A stretch of DNA of 64,000 nt from a virus. Its lineage: Duplodnaviria; Caudoviricetes. The notes under the pieces are model-generated. The model did no database searches. It was not told the origin of the DNA and saw nothing but the letters and a program-made list of their open reading frames with translations. Positions 28,065 to 39,700 of the stretch are shown here, piece by piece (position 1 is the stretch's first letter; every line of letters begins with the position of its first letter). The stretch covers positions 3,767 to 67,766 of the IMG/VR virus record IMGVR_UViG_3300031694_000003, one strand, 5' to 3'. The translations under genes and the position numbers were made by a program.

Positions 28065-29629
28065 TGAGAAAATTAGACATAGGAAAACAAGCTAAAGAAA
28101 GAACTAAGTACGAGATACTAGCGGAAAGAGAGGCTGATAGATTAAGTCAATACGACCCAGAAGGTACGTCTTATCATAAGGTGAAATATACTGGAGAGAC
28201 TTTTCAAAGAATGTTCCCTCAACTGTCTGAGAAATACGGGTTTACGGGAAGAGGTAAAGAGTTACTTATTCCTTACAATGCCGAGAGCCCAGGTACGCAA
28301 CTAGAACCTATAGGTCTTTCTAGTATTCCAATAGAGAATATAGCCCAAGAATTAAGAGGGGAAAGAAAGGTAGAGCACGTAAAGAAGATAGAAAAACCAA
28401 TAACTAAAGAGGTTAATAAACCTAATAGACTTCAAATAATTGCCGCAGTAAACCCTGAAAGCGTAGATGAATCTATGTATGATGGTAATAGGTTTACGAA
28501 TGTAGGCTTCATGGAGTACGACCCTGTCACAAACGAAAGAAGGTCTTTAAAACCAACCCCTGGTTCAGATACTTTTGCTAATCAATTAGGTACATGGCAA
28601 GATGACTTTAAGAGTCCTCACGCTCAGCCTGTTGTTGATTTTACGTCTTCAGACGGGCAAAGGATACATGGTGGTATTGATTCATTGATGGAGGTTTATG
28701 GAGACACACCTAGATTATCCACTATACACGAACAAAATAAAATGAAAAAAACTAACACCCCAATCTCTTATAGTAATGGAGGTGAAGTAAAGAAATACCA
28801 AACAGGTGGTGAAATAGTGAACCCATACTCTTGGAGTAATCCAGGCGAATCGTCTATGCCTAACTTGACTCAACCTAACCAAACTACTATCGACCCACTT
28901 CAGGCTGATACGGTTTTAAGTAGTGCTCCATCTCCAGCCCCACCTACTGACCCTGGTGGCGGGAATCAGATGGGTAGTTTTACTAACTACTTAGATACAG
29001 GAATGGAGGTTTATGGAAGTATAGCGTCAGGAATTCAAGGGACTAAAGATTTCTATAAAGGCTCAGACGATAGTATTGATTACGATGTAAAGCAAGCGAC
29101 TAAAGATTTTAAAGACGCTAGAGGAGCTAAGGCTGAAGGGATAGGTAACGCTGTAGGTACAGCTGTTGGTTCTGCCTTTCTTGGTCCTGTAGCAGGTAAG
29201 GCGATAGGTAAGGCTGCTGGGTTTTTAGCTGACGAAGGAAGTAAGCTTTTTGGTGTAGGTAAAAAAGCTGAAGCTCACATGGATGAAGAGTTAGGCGAAA
29301 GCATGGATTACAATCAAAATGAAGAAAGAGCTGCAGTTCAAGCTCAAAATGCAGAAAAACGACAAAGTAATGTTTCTAATTACTTAAAAGAACTCTCTAG
29401 CCCTCAAGGTTATGCAGAGCTAGGAGGTATGTTATATGGTAACTCGCACACTAATGGTGGGATTATGATAGAAGCAGAAGGTGGTGAGTTTATTACAAAG
29501 AAGTCGGCTATGTCTGATGATGCTGTAAAAACAATTACTGGAACGAATAAGCAAATAGTATCAAAAATTAATGCAAACGCAGGAGGAAAGAATCCATTTC
29601 CTGGAGGAAAAATAAACACCTATGGCTGA
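28064..29629 (+). CDS. Internal/ejection (cargo) protein 1
   Basis: Gly/Ala hydrophobic segment GIGNAVGTAVGSAFLGPVAG; YxxGG motifs; GNSHTNGG...EAEGGEF. Confidence 0.65.
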   Translation: MRKLDIGKQAKERTKYEILAEREADRLSQYDPEGTSYHKVKYTGETFQRMFPQLSEKYGFTGRGKELLIPYNAESPGTQLEPIGLSSIPIENIAQELRGERKVEHVKKIEKPITKEVNKPNRLQIIAAVNPESVDESMYDGNRFTNVGFMEYDPVTNERRSLKPTPGSDTFANQLGTWQDDFKSPHAQPVVDFTSSDGQRIHGGIDSLMEVYGDTPRLSTIHEQNKMKKTNTPISYSNGGEVKKYQTGGEIVNPYSWSNPGESSMPNLTQPNQTTIDPLQADTVLSSAPSPAPPTDPGGGNQMGSFTNYLDTGMEVYGSIASGIQGTKDFYKGSDDSIDYDVKQATKDFKDARGAKAEGIGNAVGTAVGSAFLGPVAGKAIGKAAGFLADEGSKLFGVGKKAEAHMDEELGESMDYNQNEERAAVQAQNAEKRQSNVSNYLKELSSPQGYAELGGMLYGNSHTNGGIMIEAEGGEFITKKSAMSDDAVKTITGTNKQIVSKINANAGGKNPFPGGKINTYG

Positions 29630-31922
29630 TAAGAAGAGTAATATAGCAAAGTACCAAAAACAGATAGATAATAATAAATATCTACAGTACCTTATATATG
29701 TAACATACAAAGAAGAGGCAGGTAAAACCTCTACGGGGATGCCTAACTTAGGTTCGTTCAATGAAAGCAACGACCCTAAAATTGGAGGTAACTCATCAGC
29801 TTTCGGTATGGGTCAATTCACTGCGGACACTCGTAACGACATATTAAAGAAATATGGTATCGATGCCTGGAGTGAAGACAGGAAAGAACAAGAGGCTGCC
29901 GTTATAGCCCTAACTGAACATAGGGGTTATTTAGCTCAAGTATCAAACGGTAGGTTTGAAAGTTTAGCAGAGAACGGCCCTTGGGAAGCTTTTAAATCAC
30001 CTGACTCAGAAATATTAAATTTCTTTGAGCAAGGGGATTGGAATATGGAATTAGAAGATATGAGAAATGGCGCAAGATTTGCCCCTCAAGAATCTATTGC
30101 CAACATTAACCCTGAGATATGGGCACTGAAAGAAAATATATACAAAAGTAAAGGAGTTAACCCGTTAGATAATGCATCTGAAGGTTCTGACGCATCTATA
30201 GAGTCTAAAAGAATAATTAAAGAACAAATGGAAGAGCTTGAAAAAACTCTACCAAAAGGTGTTGATAATGCAGGTGAAAGAATACAAACTAGAGCAACCG
30301 CATTAGAAGCTTTAAATAAAGAGCACGGTCTGGGTGTTTATAAAACTCCAGACTTTAAAGGTCTTACATGGAAGAAAGAAGCTTACGGAGAGACTAATGC
30401 AAAGATATTTAAGCACTTAGGCTTATCTTATGATGAGGATAAGACTTTCTTGCAGAACGCGGAAGACAACGCAGACAAAGAAGGTATAGATAGAGCTATT
30501 CAGTTTGAGGGTAAGTTTAGAGAGAAACTTTTAAGCGATATGAGCTTCAACGAATACGAAGACATATACGCAGAAGAAGATTACAATATATTTACCAACA
30601 TAATCTACCCAGATAAAACTGTAGGTCATGTATTAAGAGACCAAGAGGCTGCTGACTACAAGGCAACAGGTAAAGCGTCTTTAGATAAGATACAAGCCGT
30701 ATTAGATAATGCTGACAAGTACAACTTAAGCGCTTCAGACAGAAGGGCTTTAGTAGCTCAAAAAGAGGCTGTTTTAAAGTCGTTAAAGCAAACTAAACGA
30801 TTTGAGCTTATAAGTCCAAACCAAAAAAGAACTGAACAACTAAACCAATTCGTTGGTATTCATGGTATTACTGAGCAGGAAAAGAAACCGATGCAGTTCC
30901 ATCTTGACATCTTTAAGGAGGCTGACAAATTTACGGATAATATATCCACTCCTGAAAGAATACAAGCAGACGCTCAGGAGGAGATGGTTAACCTTGAAGA
31001 AGAGAAAGAGGAAGAGAAAGAAAAACCAAAAGCTCCTGCTTACGACCCAACAGAAGGAGGTAAGTATGTAGATGTTCCTAATGTAGCGGGAGCAGAACAT
31101 ACAGACGAAACTACTACAGAAGGCTTGTTAAATGAAGAGCAAGAGGTTACTTTAAGTGAGAGCAATCAATTAGCCCCACCTACCCCTAAAACAAGAGTTG
31201 GTAAAGTTCTAGCCACGCTACAAATCGGAGGGCAAAAAGCTTCCGACTTCCTTCAAGATAAAGGTATTAATTCTGATAGCGTTAATAACGCTTTGAGAGC
31301 TGGAGCAGGTTTACTATCTTTATACGATGCTACGAGAGAAGATAAAGTTAACAAAGCAAAAGTATCGCCTTTAATGTTAGAGGCTGTACGTAAAGCTGAT
31401 GAGATTTCTGAAAATGGTATGCCTTACGAACAACAAATGGCTGCGATTAAAGACATGAATAACGCCTACGCAGGTGCTATGAAGAATGTTATGGCTATCT
31501 CTGGTGGGCAAAGAGGTGCTGCATTAGCTAATATGGGCGGTGTAGATGCTGCTAGGGTTAATGGTCTTGTGGATTTAGCTGCTAAAAGTTCAGACATGAG
31601 AATGGAAGGTATGAAAATGTACCAAACAGCTGTAGGTGAGTATACTAAAACGAAACTTACTGCAGATATGTCTAACGAAGCATTGCAAAAGAAATTAGAT
31701 ATGTCTAGAAAAGATAGATTAGCTAAAGTTGGTTCTACTCTTTACGAGCAAGCTATGGAGTTTAATAGAAACTTCAAAGATGAAGACACAAACACAGCAT
31801 TGCTGGATGCTATAGCTGGAATTGATGACGTTACTAAAAGTGCTGAAGCTAATAAGTTAGCTCTAGAAAATTTAACGAAAATATCTGAGTCAGGGTTTGA
31901 CCAGATACAAACAGGAAAGTAG
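29622..31922 (+). CDS. Ejection protein with an N-terminal lambda-R-type lytic transglycosylase domain
   Basis: SSAFGMGQF...EQEAAVIALTEHRG...WEAF aligns by eye with lambda R STAAGRYQL...SQDAVALQQIKERG...WASL. Confidence 0.65.
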   Translation: MADKKSNIAKYQKQIDNNKYLQYLIYVTYKEEAGKTSTGMPNLGSFNESNDPKIGGNSSAFGMGQFTADTRNDILKKYGIDAWSEDRKEQEAAVIALTEHRGYLAQVSNGRFESLAENGPWEAFKSPDSEILNFFEQGDWNMELEDMRNGARFAPQESIANINPEIWALKENIYKSKGVNPLDNASEGSDASIESKRIIKEQMEELEKTLPKGVDNAGERIQTRATALEALNKEHGLGVYKTPDFKGLTWKKEAYGETNAKIFKHLGLSYDEDKTFLQNAEDNADKEGIDRAIQFEGKFREKLLSDMSFNEYEDIYAEEDYNIFTNIIYPDKTVGHVLRDQEAADYKATGKASLDKIQAVLDNADKYNLSASDRRALVAQKEAVLKSLKQTKRFELISPNQKRTEQLNQFVGIHGITEQEKKPMQFHLDIFKEADKFTDNISTPERIQADAQEEMVNLEEEKEEEKEKPKAPAYDPTEGGKYVDVPNVAGAEHTDETTTEGLLNEEQEVTLSESNQLAPPTPKTRVGKVLATLQIGGQKASDFLQDKGINSDSVNNALRAGAGLLSLYDATREDKVNKAKVSPLMLEAVRKADEISENGMPYEQQMAAIKDMNNAYAGAMKNVMAISGGQRGAALANMGGVDAARVNGLVDLAAKSSDMRMEGMKMYQTAVGEYTKTKLTADMSNEALQKKLDMSRKDRLAKVGSTLYEQAMEFNRNFKDEDTNTALLDAIAGIDDVTKSAEANKLALENLTKISESGFDQIQTGK

Positions 31923-31925
31923 ATT

Positions 31926-33746
31926 ATGGGATTAGATTTTTCAAAAATTTCCAACGCAATGACTACTTTTAGTAAGTCTCCTGCTGCGAGAAAACAGAAC
32001 AAATACGGTATACAGGAAGCTTTATTGGTAAAAGACTTGCAAGAGCAGAAAAGAGCTAACGAGCTAGCCTCCTATTCAGCTACAGCAGCTGCAATGCAAG
32101 AAACCTCTTCAATAGCCCAAAAGCTTGGCGTTAGGGAGAAGGATATTCCTTTGCTATCTCAAAAAGTTCAAGGTGTAGGTACTAGGATAAGCGATAAAAT
32201 TAAGAATGATTTTGGTGGAAACTTAGACCATTTTTACAGAAGCATAGGTCCAGAGTTTTTACACTCATTAAACTTAGAGTTGTTTAACGACCCTGAAGTT
32301 AGAGCTATATCACAAAATGTTTCTGAGTACGCTAAATTCATAGACTTACAAACAAAAGGTAAACCACTATTTAACAGGCAGGTTGAAGAAGAGGCTGCCT
32401 TTAGGGCAGGTGAAGGAGATACTTTTGATTTTGGTTTAGCTATGGTAGACTGGGAATCTCCAAGTGAGGGTTTCTTAAATGACCACATAGGAGAGGATAG
32501 AGTAGATGTTTATTTAGGTTTTGGAAATAATATGCAGATAGCATTACAAAACATAAAAAGAGAGTACAGGTTAACTCCAGAGCAATTAGAGGACGTCACT
32601 ACAGAAGACATACGAGTATATACTAATAAATACGTAGGAGCTCAAGATGGGTTTAGTAAAATTAGAGGCAACGCTTCCAATAAGTCTAAAATAGCAAACA
32701 CGTTAAATTCTGCCATGGCTAACATGGGAACTATAGACGCTAATAAAATCAACTTATTCAACAAAGACGCTGCATATCAAGGTAAATTAAAGCCTTTCTA
32801 TGAGTTAGGGTTGATAGAAGATAGAGAGTTGGATGGAGTTAACGTAAAAGGTAAGGCTATGTTTACTGAGAATTTAACTCAGCTAGTGGAAGCTTACTTT
32901 GAAACTGCTATGGATTATTCTAATGACGGATTACTATTAGGTCCTGATGGAGCTACTGTAGAGATAGGTCAATTAAGTGATGCAGATGGTGGAGGCTTAT
33001 ATGATGAGACTGGAATTAAAATGGAAGGCGCTACCTACAATGACAGCTTTAGAATACTTGGTGGTATAATGGCTTACAAGACTTTAGATAACGGGAAGTT
33101 GATAATGAAAGACGAGATGACTGAAGAGTTAGAAGGTCGAGTAAAATCTACTATCGTAGTCGCTATGCAGAACGATGGATACGCTTTAGGTGGTGACACG
33201 TTTGGTTGGGGTCAAGAAACCATATACAAGGAGATAGACTTCTCTAACCCTATTAAGGCAGAGAAACTTAACAACTTGATTAAGTTTGACGAAGAGCAGT
33301 ATAACAAGGATTTGTCTGAAACTGGAGAGGCGTTAAAAGAAAGTAAAGAAAATGTTACATTTGCTGATATTAATTACAATTCCAAACCTAAAAGGCTTAA
33401 AGAGTTTGCAGCATACCACGATGAGACTTTAAGACAATCTTTTAATAGTTTAGGTATCAATGAACCTTCTTTAAAGATGCGTTCAATTATGCTAGCTATA
33501 TCATTACAGTCAGGTAAAGGTGAAGAAGGTCAAGCTCGTTACTTAAAAGAGGTTTATAAGATGTATAACTCAACTGACAATCCTGCTGCTCATAGTGCGC
33601 TGCGGAGAGATGACGCAGAAGGGTTCTTGAAAGCTCTAATAGAAGATTTCGAGGTCAAAGGAATATCAACACCAGAAGACTTAGAGCAGTTTAAGATTGT
33701 TATACAAGAAACTGCAACATCAATCCATAATTCGATTAAAGAATAA
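31926..33746 (+). CDS. Internal/ejection protein (606 aa)
   Basis: Helical; lies between the ejection genes and the vRNAP gene. Confidence 0.6.
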   Translation: MGLDFSKISNAMTTFSKSPAARKQNKYGIQEALLVKDLQEQKRANELASYSATAAAMQETSSIAQKLGVREKDIPLLSQKVQGVGTRISDKIKNDFGGNLDHFYRSIGPEFLHSLNLELFNDPEVRAISQNVSEYAKFIDLQTKGKPLFNRQVEEEAAFRAGEGDTFDFGLAMVDWESPSEGFLNDHIGEDRVDVYLGFGNNMQIALQNIKREYRLTPEQLEDVTTEDIRVYTNKYVGAQDGFSKIRGNASNKSKIANTLNSAMANMGTIDANKINLFNKDAAYQGKLKPFYELGLIEDRELDGVNVKGKAMFTENLTQLVEAYFETAMDYSNDGLLLGPDGATVEIGQLSDADGGGLYDETGIKMEGATYNDSFRILGGIMAYKTLDNGKLIMKDEMTEELEGRVKSTIVVAMQNDGYALGGDTFGWGQETIYKEIDFSNPIKAEKLNNLIKFDEEQYNKDLSETGEALKESKENVTFADINYNSKPKRLKEFAAYHDETLRQSFNSLGINEPSLKMRSIMLAISLQSGKGEEGQARYLKEVYKMYNSTDNPAAHSALRRDDAEGFLKALIEDFEVKGISTPEDLEQFKIVIQETATSIHNSIKE

Positions 33747-33749
33747 AAA

Positions 33750-36700
33750 ATGGCAAACGAAGTAGGTACTCCAAAAGAAGATGTTAAAAAATATGATTTC
33801 AGTTTTGCTACTGAAACTCCATCTATAAGTACGGCTAACGCTACTGTTCCAAGTCAGGGCTCAGTAACCACCGACCAGGGTTTAGAAAAAACCCCCGACC
33901 AAACCTCTCAAGAATTGTTTGGAGGTGGGTTTAGTGACGAACAGAGAACTGATATAGATAAATACAACAAAGCTGTAGCTGCCGAAGAAGGTAAAGAAGC
34001 TAAAGACCATAGTATGGGTTATGGAGAGGCTACTGGTCGTTCTCTTTTGACAGGTTTGGGTGATGTATTTGATGGTTTTGGTGACGCTTTGGATTGGGTA
34101 GATGGTACTCCAGATACAAGATTAGTAGATTCTGAGGTATCAAAAGAGCTTTACGGATTAGATGTACATAAGCCTATCGCAGATTGGTTTCATCAGATGG
34201 GAGCAGACCTACAACAATACGGAGATTCAGTTCCTGGCTTAGAGAACATGGAAGATGTCACTTGGGCTAGTCTTATGGATGCTGATTTCTGGACAACTCA
34301 ATGGGCTAGAAGTATCCCTTTCTCTTTAACCTTCTTCATACCAGGTGCTGGTGGAGCGAGGGCAGCAGGAATGCTATACAAGGGTGGTAAATTACTTAAG
34401 ACAGGTTTTAGTGCAGGTAAAATGCTATCTAGAACAGGTTTAGTTACTGCAGTTAAAGGGTCTAAAATAGCCAAAAGTGCAGTACAGTTCGCTGGTGGTG
34501 CAGCTGCTGGTAACATGTCTGAAGGTGCTATCATCGCAGGACAGACTTTGAATGACGCAATAGAACAAGGAGTGCCATTACCTCAAGCTTCGATAGCTGC
34601 AGCTGATGTATTTAGAGATAACTTATGGTGGATGGCTGTAGATGGTTTACAGTTAGCTATGTTTACAGGTACGGCTAAAGCTTTAAATCCTTTCTCTAAG
34701 AGTATCAGAGCAATGAAAGCTCCTGGTATGAAAAGATTAGTTCAGCAAATGGCTAAGGTTTCTGGGTATGCTTTAACTGATGGGGTTTTCGAACAATTCC
34801 AAGAGGTGTATCAAGATTGGTCTATGAAAAAAAGGATTGCTGAGCAAAAAGGCGAAGGGTTCATGGATTACCTTGACTACTTTAACAGTCAGGAAGCTTT
34901 ACCTACAAGGGTAATTGCCTTTACTTCTTCACTTGCCATTACTGGAGCTAAGACATCTTTAGATGTTTCTGCAGAAAGGAAAAGATTGTTTACTGAAAAG
35001 TTAGCAAAAGATGGTTTAGTACAAGAACGTCTTGAGATAATGAATCAAGAGTTAGAGGATTATGACATGGAGGGTAAAAAAGGAACTCCAGGTGATAGAC
35101 TTACAGCGGTTAAAGCGAAAGAGGAATTGGCAGCAATGCAAAACAATCAGCTTTTCGCTCTTATGATACGTACTATTGCTGACGGTAAAGCAGAAAACTT
35201 TACAGAGTATATACAAAACAGAATGGATGAAGGTGCAATGCCTCAAAGACAGTTTGATATATATGCTAATACAGTAAAAGAATTACAAGCAATAAAAGCA
35301 CTTGCTCCAACTTTCCTATTAAACGGAGAAGAGGAGTCTTATTTGTTACACGCTTTATTCGAGAAAGAACAAAACACAAAGACTTACAAGGAACAACTTG
35401 AAAGACTAGAAGGAGAAAAGGTAAAGATAGAAGAGTCTGATATAAGTATTGCTTATAAGAAGAAGCAGATTGCTGGGTTGGATAATGAGCTATCTAACCT
35501 TGCTGAGACGTGGAAGAAAGTAAAGCAAGCTACCAAATTGAAGGTGGACGATATAATGAGCGACAACGCTAATCGCCGTCAAGAGGAAAGAATAAACAAG
35601 GAAGTTGTACCAGAGCTAAAAAAGATAATAGCTAAAGAAGCTAAGAACGAAACCTTAACTGCTGAGGAGACAAAGCTTGTAGAGGAGAATAAGTCTAGGT
35701 TTGAGTCTATTAAATCTAATGAAAGACTAAAGGACGCTACTAAAAAAGTAGGTAAAAATTTCACTAAGGTAACTAACCCAGTAAAAGACAATACAGATTT
35801 AATCTTTCAAAAAGAATTAAAATCTAAAGGTAAGTTCCGTAAATACCAAGAAAAAAGAGTTGATGCTAATGGTGTCGTAACCACCACTACTACTACTGAA
35901 ATAGATATTGTAAAGACGTCTAATGAGTATCAGGAAAGTAGAGAGAATAAAGAGTTACAAGTAGAAGATATAGTTACTAAGCAAAACAATGGTGACCAAA
36001 TATCTAATGAAGAGAAAGAGCTTTTAAAGACAGAGAAAGTTCTACACGAAAAGGTAAAAGCAAAAAAAGCAGAAGCCTTAGAAGCAGAGGAAGCAGCTAA
36101 ATTAAAAGCAGAAGAGAAAGAAGCTGAAGAAAAAACTGAGGAAGGGAAAGCAAAGAGCAAGGAAGAGACTGAGCGTAATGCTGCTCAAAAGATAATAGAA
36201 GATTCAAAGGCTAAATTGTTCTTTGGTTTAGCTCCTAGATTTATAGACCCTAAGACGGGTAAACTGACTGAGGCTACTCAAATTACAATGGGTCAAAGAT
36301 ACCAATGGGCTCAAGGGTTAATGAATGACAATCCAGATGTTGGTGTGTATTTTGACAGCAACTTAACTGATGAACATGGTAGAGGTGCTCAAGGAGCAGC
36401 TATAGGTTTGTCTATCTTTATCAACCCTGACTTAGCAACACAAGAGGTATTTCTTCATGAGAAATGGCATGTATTGCAGCAGTTATTTGCAGGCACTAAA
36501 GAGATTACAGCTCTATTGAAAGAAGTTGTTAGTCAGCCTATATATAAGCAAATAAAAAACCAACATCATGTTAAAATTATATACTCTAAGAATGGTTCAA
36601 ACACATCACTAGGCTCAATACTACAAGACAATCCTAGCATGTTATCGTGGACTAATTGGACTAAAGAGAACGGGTTTACTAATGCACCAAACCCTTCAGT

Positions 36701-39700
36701 TTACTCTTCTTATATGGCTTATTTAGCTCCTCTATTATCGGAGTTAGGATATACTCAACTTGCTGATAACCAGCAAAGCGACATACAAAATGAAGCTTTA
36801 GCTACGGCTGGTGGATTCCAGGAAGCTAATGATTCTACTTACTTCACTCAATCTAAGAGAGAGACTAAATTCCAGAAAGGATTAAAGTCTGCTTGGAAGA
36901 TGATAAGCACAATGCTTAACAAGGAGGCTTCTACAGAAATCATTAGAAGCAACTTCCCTTCATTGTACAACGAAGACTTCTCTATTATGTTAGAGAATGC
37001 ACGTGAAGAGTTTTCTAAACCAAACAAAGAAAGAAACTACGAAGCTTTTAAAAGAGTGGATGGAGTGTTCTATTTACAGAATGTAGATAAGTCATTCGCT
37101 AAATCTAGCTTAGAACAAGCTATGTTAGCTAACCTACCTACTATTGACTCTCAAGTTAATGCTGTATTGAATAGGTTTACAAACACAAAAGGAGGCATGC
37201 CAGAAGATATGGATATGCGTTCAATGATAAATGACTTATTTAGTAATAGAAGTACTCTTATGCCTACTCTATTAGACCATTCTAAGTATGGTTTAGATAA
37301 GAGTCAGAAAGATATTATAGATAAATACTACAACAGCAATGCGTCTGAGGTAGATAACTTGTTGGGAGGTTTCTATTTCCAACAACTACAAGAGAAGGTT
37401 TCTGAAAGACACGAATCAGGAGCTATTAATGAAGAGATGTATGAGGAGTTAGAGGCTACCACAGAGGTTGCTTTTGGTAAGATTATATCTGAAGACTTTA
37501 GTAGAAAAGTAAGTGGTAGAGTCTCAAAACTTGTTGGTCAGTTCTTAGATGAACACAATAAAGACAAGACAGGTAAAGAGATAAAAAACAAATCATTCCT
37601 ATACGAAGCACTAGAAGAGCAGTTAAGAGGTACGAAGCATGACTTTCATTTGTTTGAAGAGAATGTGGAGACTATTATAACTAACTCTAAAGTTTCTTTA
37701 ATAGAGGGTGTGGAGAAAATAACAAAAGAAGAGCTTTTAGCTGAGTTTGTTATATACGCTCAATTAGAAATGGCTCACCCTGGAGATGTTTTACACTCTA
37801 TGTGGCACTACTTCCGTTCTTTCACATTAGAACGTGCTAGTCAATGGACTGTATCTAAAGATGGTAAAGTGTCTTTGGTTGCTAGTATACCTGTTGGTAA
37901 CGCTAGAGACGTTAGAAACTACGTCAATGGAAGTATAGAGTTGTTAGCTGATGGAGAGAACTCTACAGAAAACATTTTTATAGTTGCAGTACTAGAAGGG
38001 ATAAGGGTTAAAAAAGTTTTATCAGAAGAAGGTACGGAAGCTGCTTTTAAAGAAAAGATGGCTAATCAAATAAGTAGGGAAAAGAATATATTAAATTTTG
38101 TGCAGAAGTTCTACAAAGAATGGGTAAGCAATAAAAATATATATTATGAGGATATAGCTGATATGAAAATTGAAGGTAAGAAGCTGCATAGCTTTTTTAC
38201 TGACGAGAAGATAACAGAACTACAAGTTTCTCTTTTGAATATAGATTGGAGCTATTACCATAAAGAAGGTGTAGACACAGAAAGTAGACAATATCTAGAA
38301 AGTCAGATTAATGACATAGCAAACTCTGATAAGCGTATAGTTGGAAGTGCGGTTAAATTAAATGCTAAAGGTGTAAAAGAGGCAGTTTTAAGAACATACC
38401 TTATTAATGCTTTACGGGAAGATTATAAAAGATGGATAAACCTAGAGGAAAGCGAGCAAGTAAAAACTAAAGGGAAGAACATTTTATTTCGTGAGAACAA
38501 AAAAAGTTCTATACATTCTTATAAAGACAACTTCCAGTCTGCGTTTAAGTCTCTATACACGAACCTCTATAACGCTACATACTACCATGCAGGTAGAACA
38601 GCTTTATCAGGTATAACTAAAAACGCAGCAGGAGATACTGTAGACTTATTTACTAAGTCATCTAACATTCATAACAACCTAGAGACCCTATTAAGAATCT
38701 TACCAAAGATGGATAATAAAAGGTTTGAAAAACTTTTTGGTGGAAACTTAATTGCTTTCATAATGAAGCATAATGATTATGTACCTACAATAAGTACTAG
38801 TCTAGGTGTTTATAACGAAGGGGAATCTAAAGGTAAAAAGAACTCTCAAGTTAAAGCAAGAGTTCTTACCAACATGAGAATGATGCACCTTGTAGATAGC
38901 ATCTTAAACGACTCAAGCTACTATAGTCATTTTGTCGGTCAGCTTGGAGATTCAAGTAGACAATATTATATAGACAACGCACCTGTATGGTCTGATTCAG
39001 ATTTAGAAACAGCTTTTGTTTCTATTCAGAAAATGGTTAACAAGCCTACAAACATTGTTGAGGTAGGAGAAAAATTGTTTGACCAGCTTGTAGAAGATGG
39101 GCATATAAAAAACAAAGAAGACGAAAAAATAAAGCAGGCAGTTATTAAAGCTGCTAAGATGAATTACGTAAATAAGTATAGTTTTTCTGACCTTTATTAC
39201 AACAGAACTAATGCACAAATAAAGTATGATGTATCTGGAGGTAAGGTAGAGAGATTAGTTACAGACTTATCTAAGCGTGTAAAGGGTATATCATCACCGC
39301 TTATAACTGCTCACGGGAAAAGAATAGAGCCTATAATCATAAAAGACCCTAGACCTTTAGGTATGCAGGTTGCTGATTCAGCTTCATACATAACTCCAGA
39401 GTACGCTAAGCTTTTAAAGATACAGTATGGAGAGTTTGAGGATATAGGTAAAAACCTAAAGTCATTGTACTACGGTCAGAATATGGACAACACTCAATTT
39501 GAGAACCAAATGGGAGCTGTTCGTATACCTATGTATCTTAAAACTCACACACACGTACTAACGAAAGATGCTATAAAAAAGCACCCTAACTTACAGTACA
39601 TAAAAGATGTTCTTGATTACAGAGCTAAGCTACTAAACAACAACACTATACCTATCGTTTACTTTGATAGCTCTATTAAGGGTGGTTTAGTTCAGAGTCA

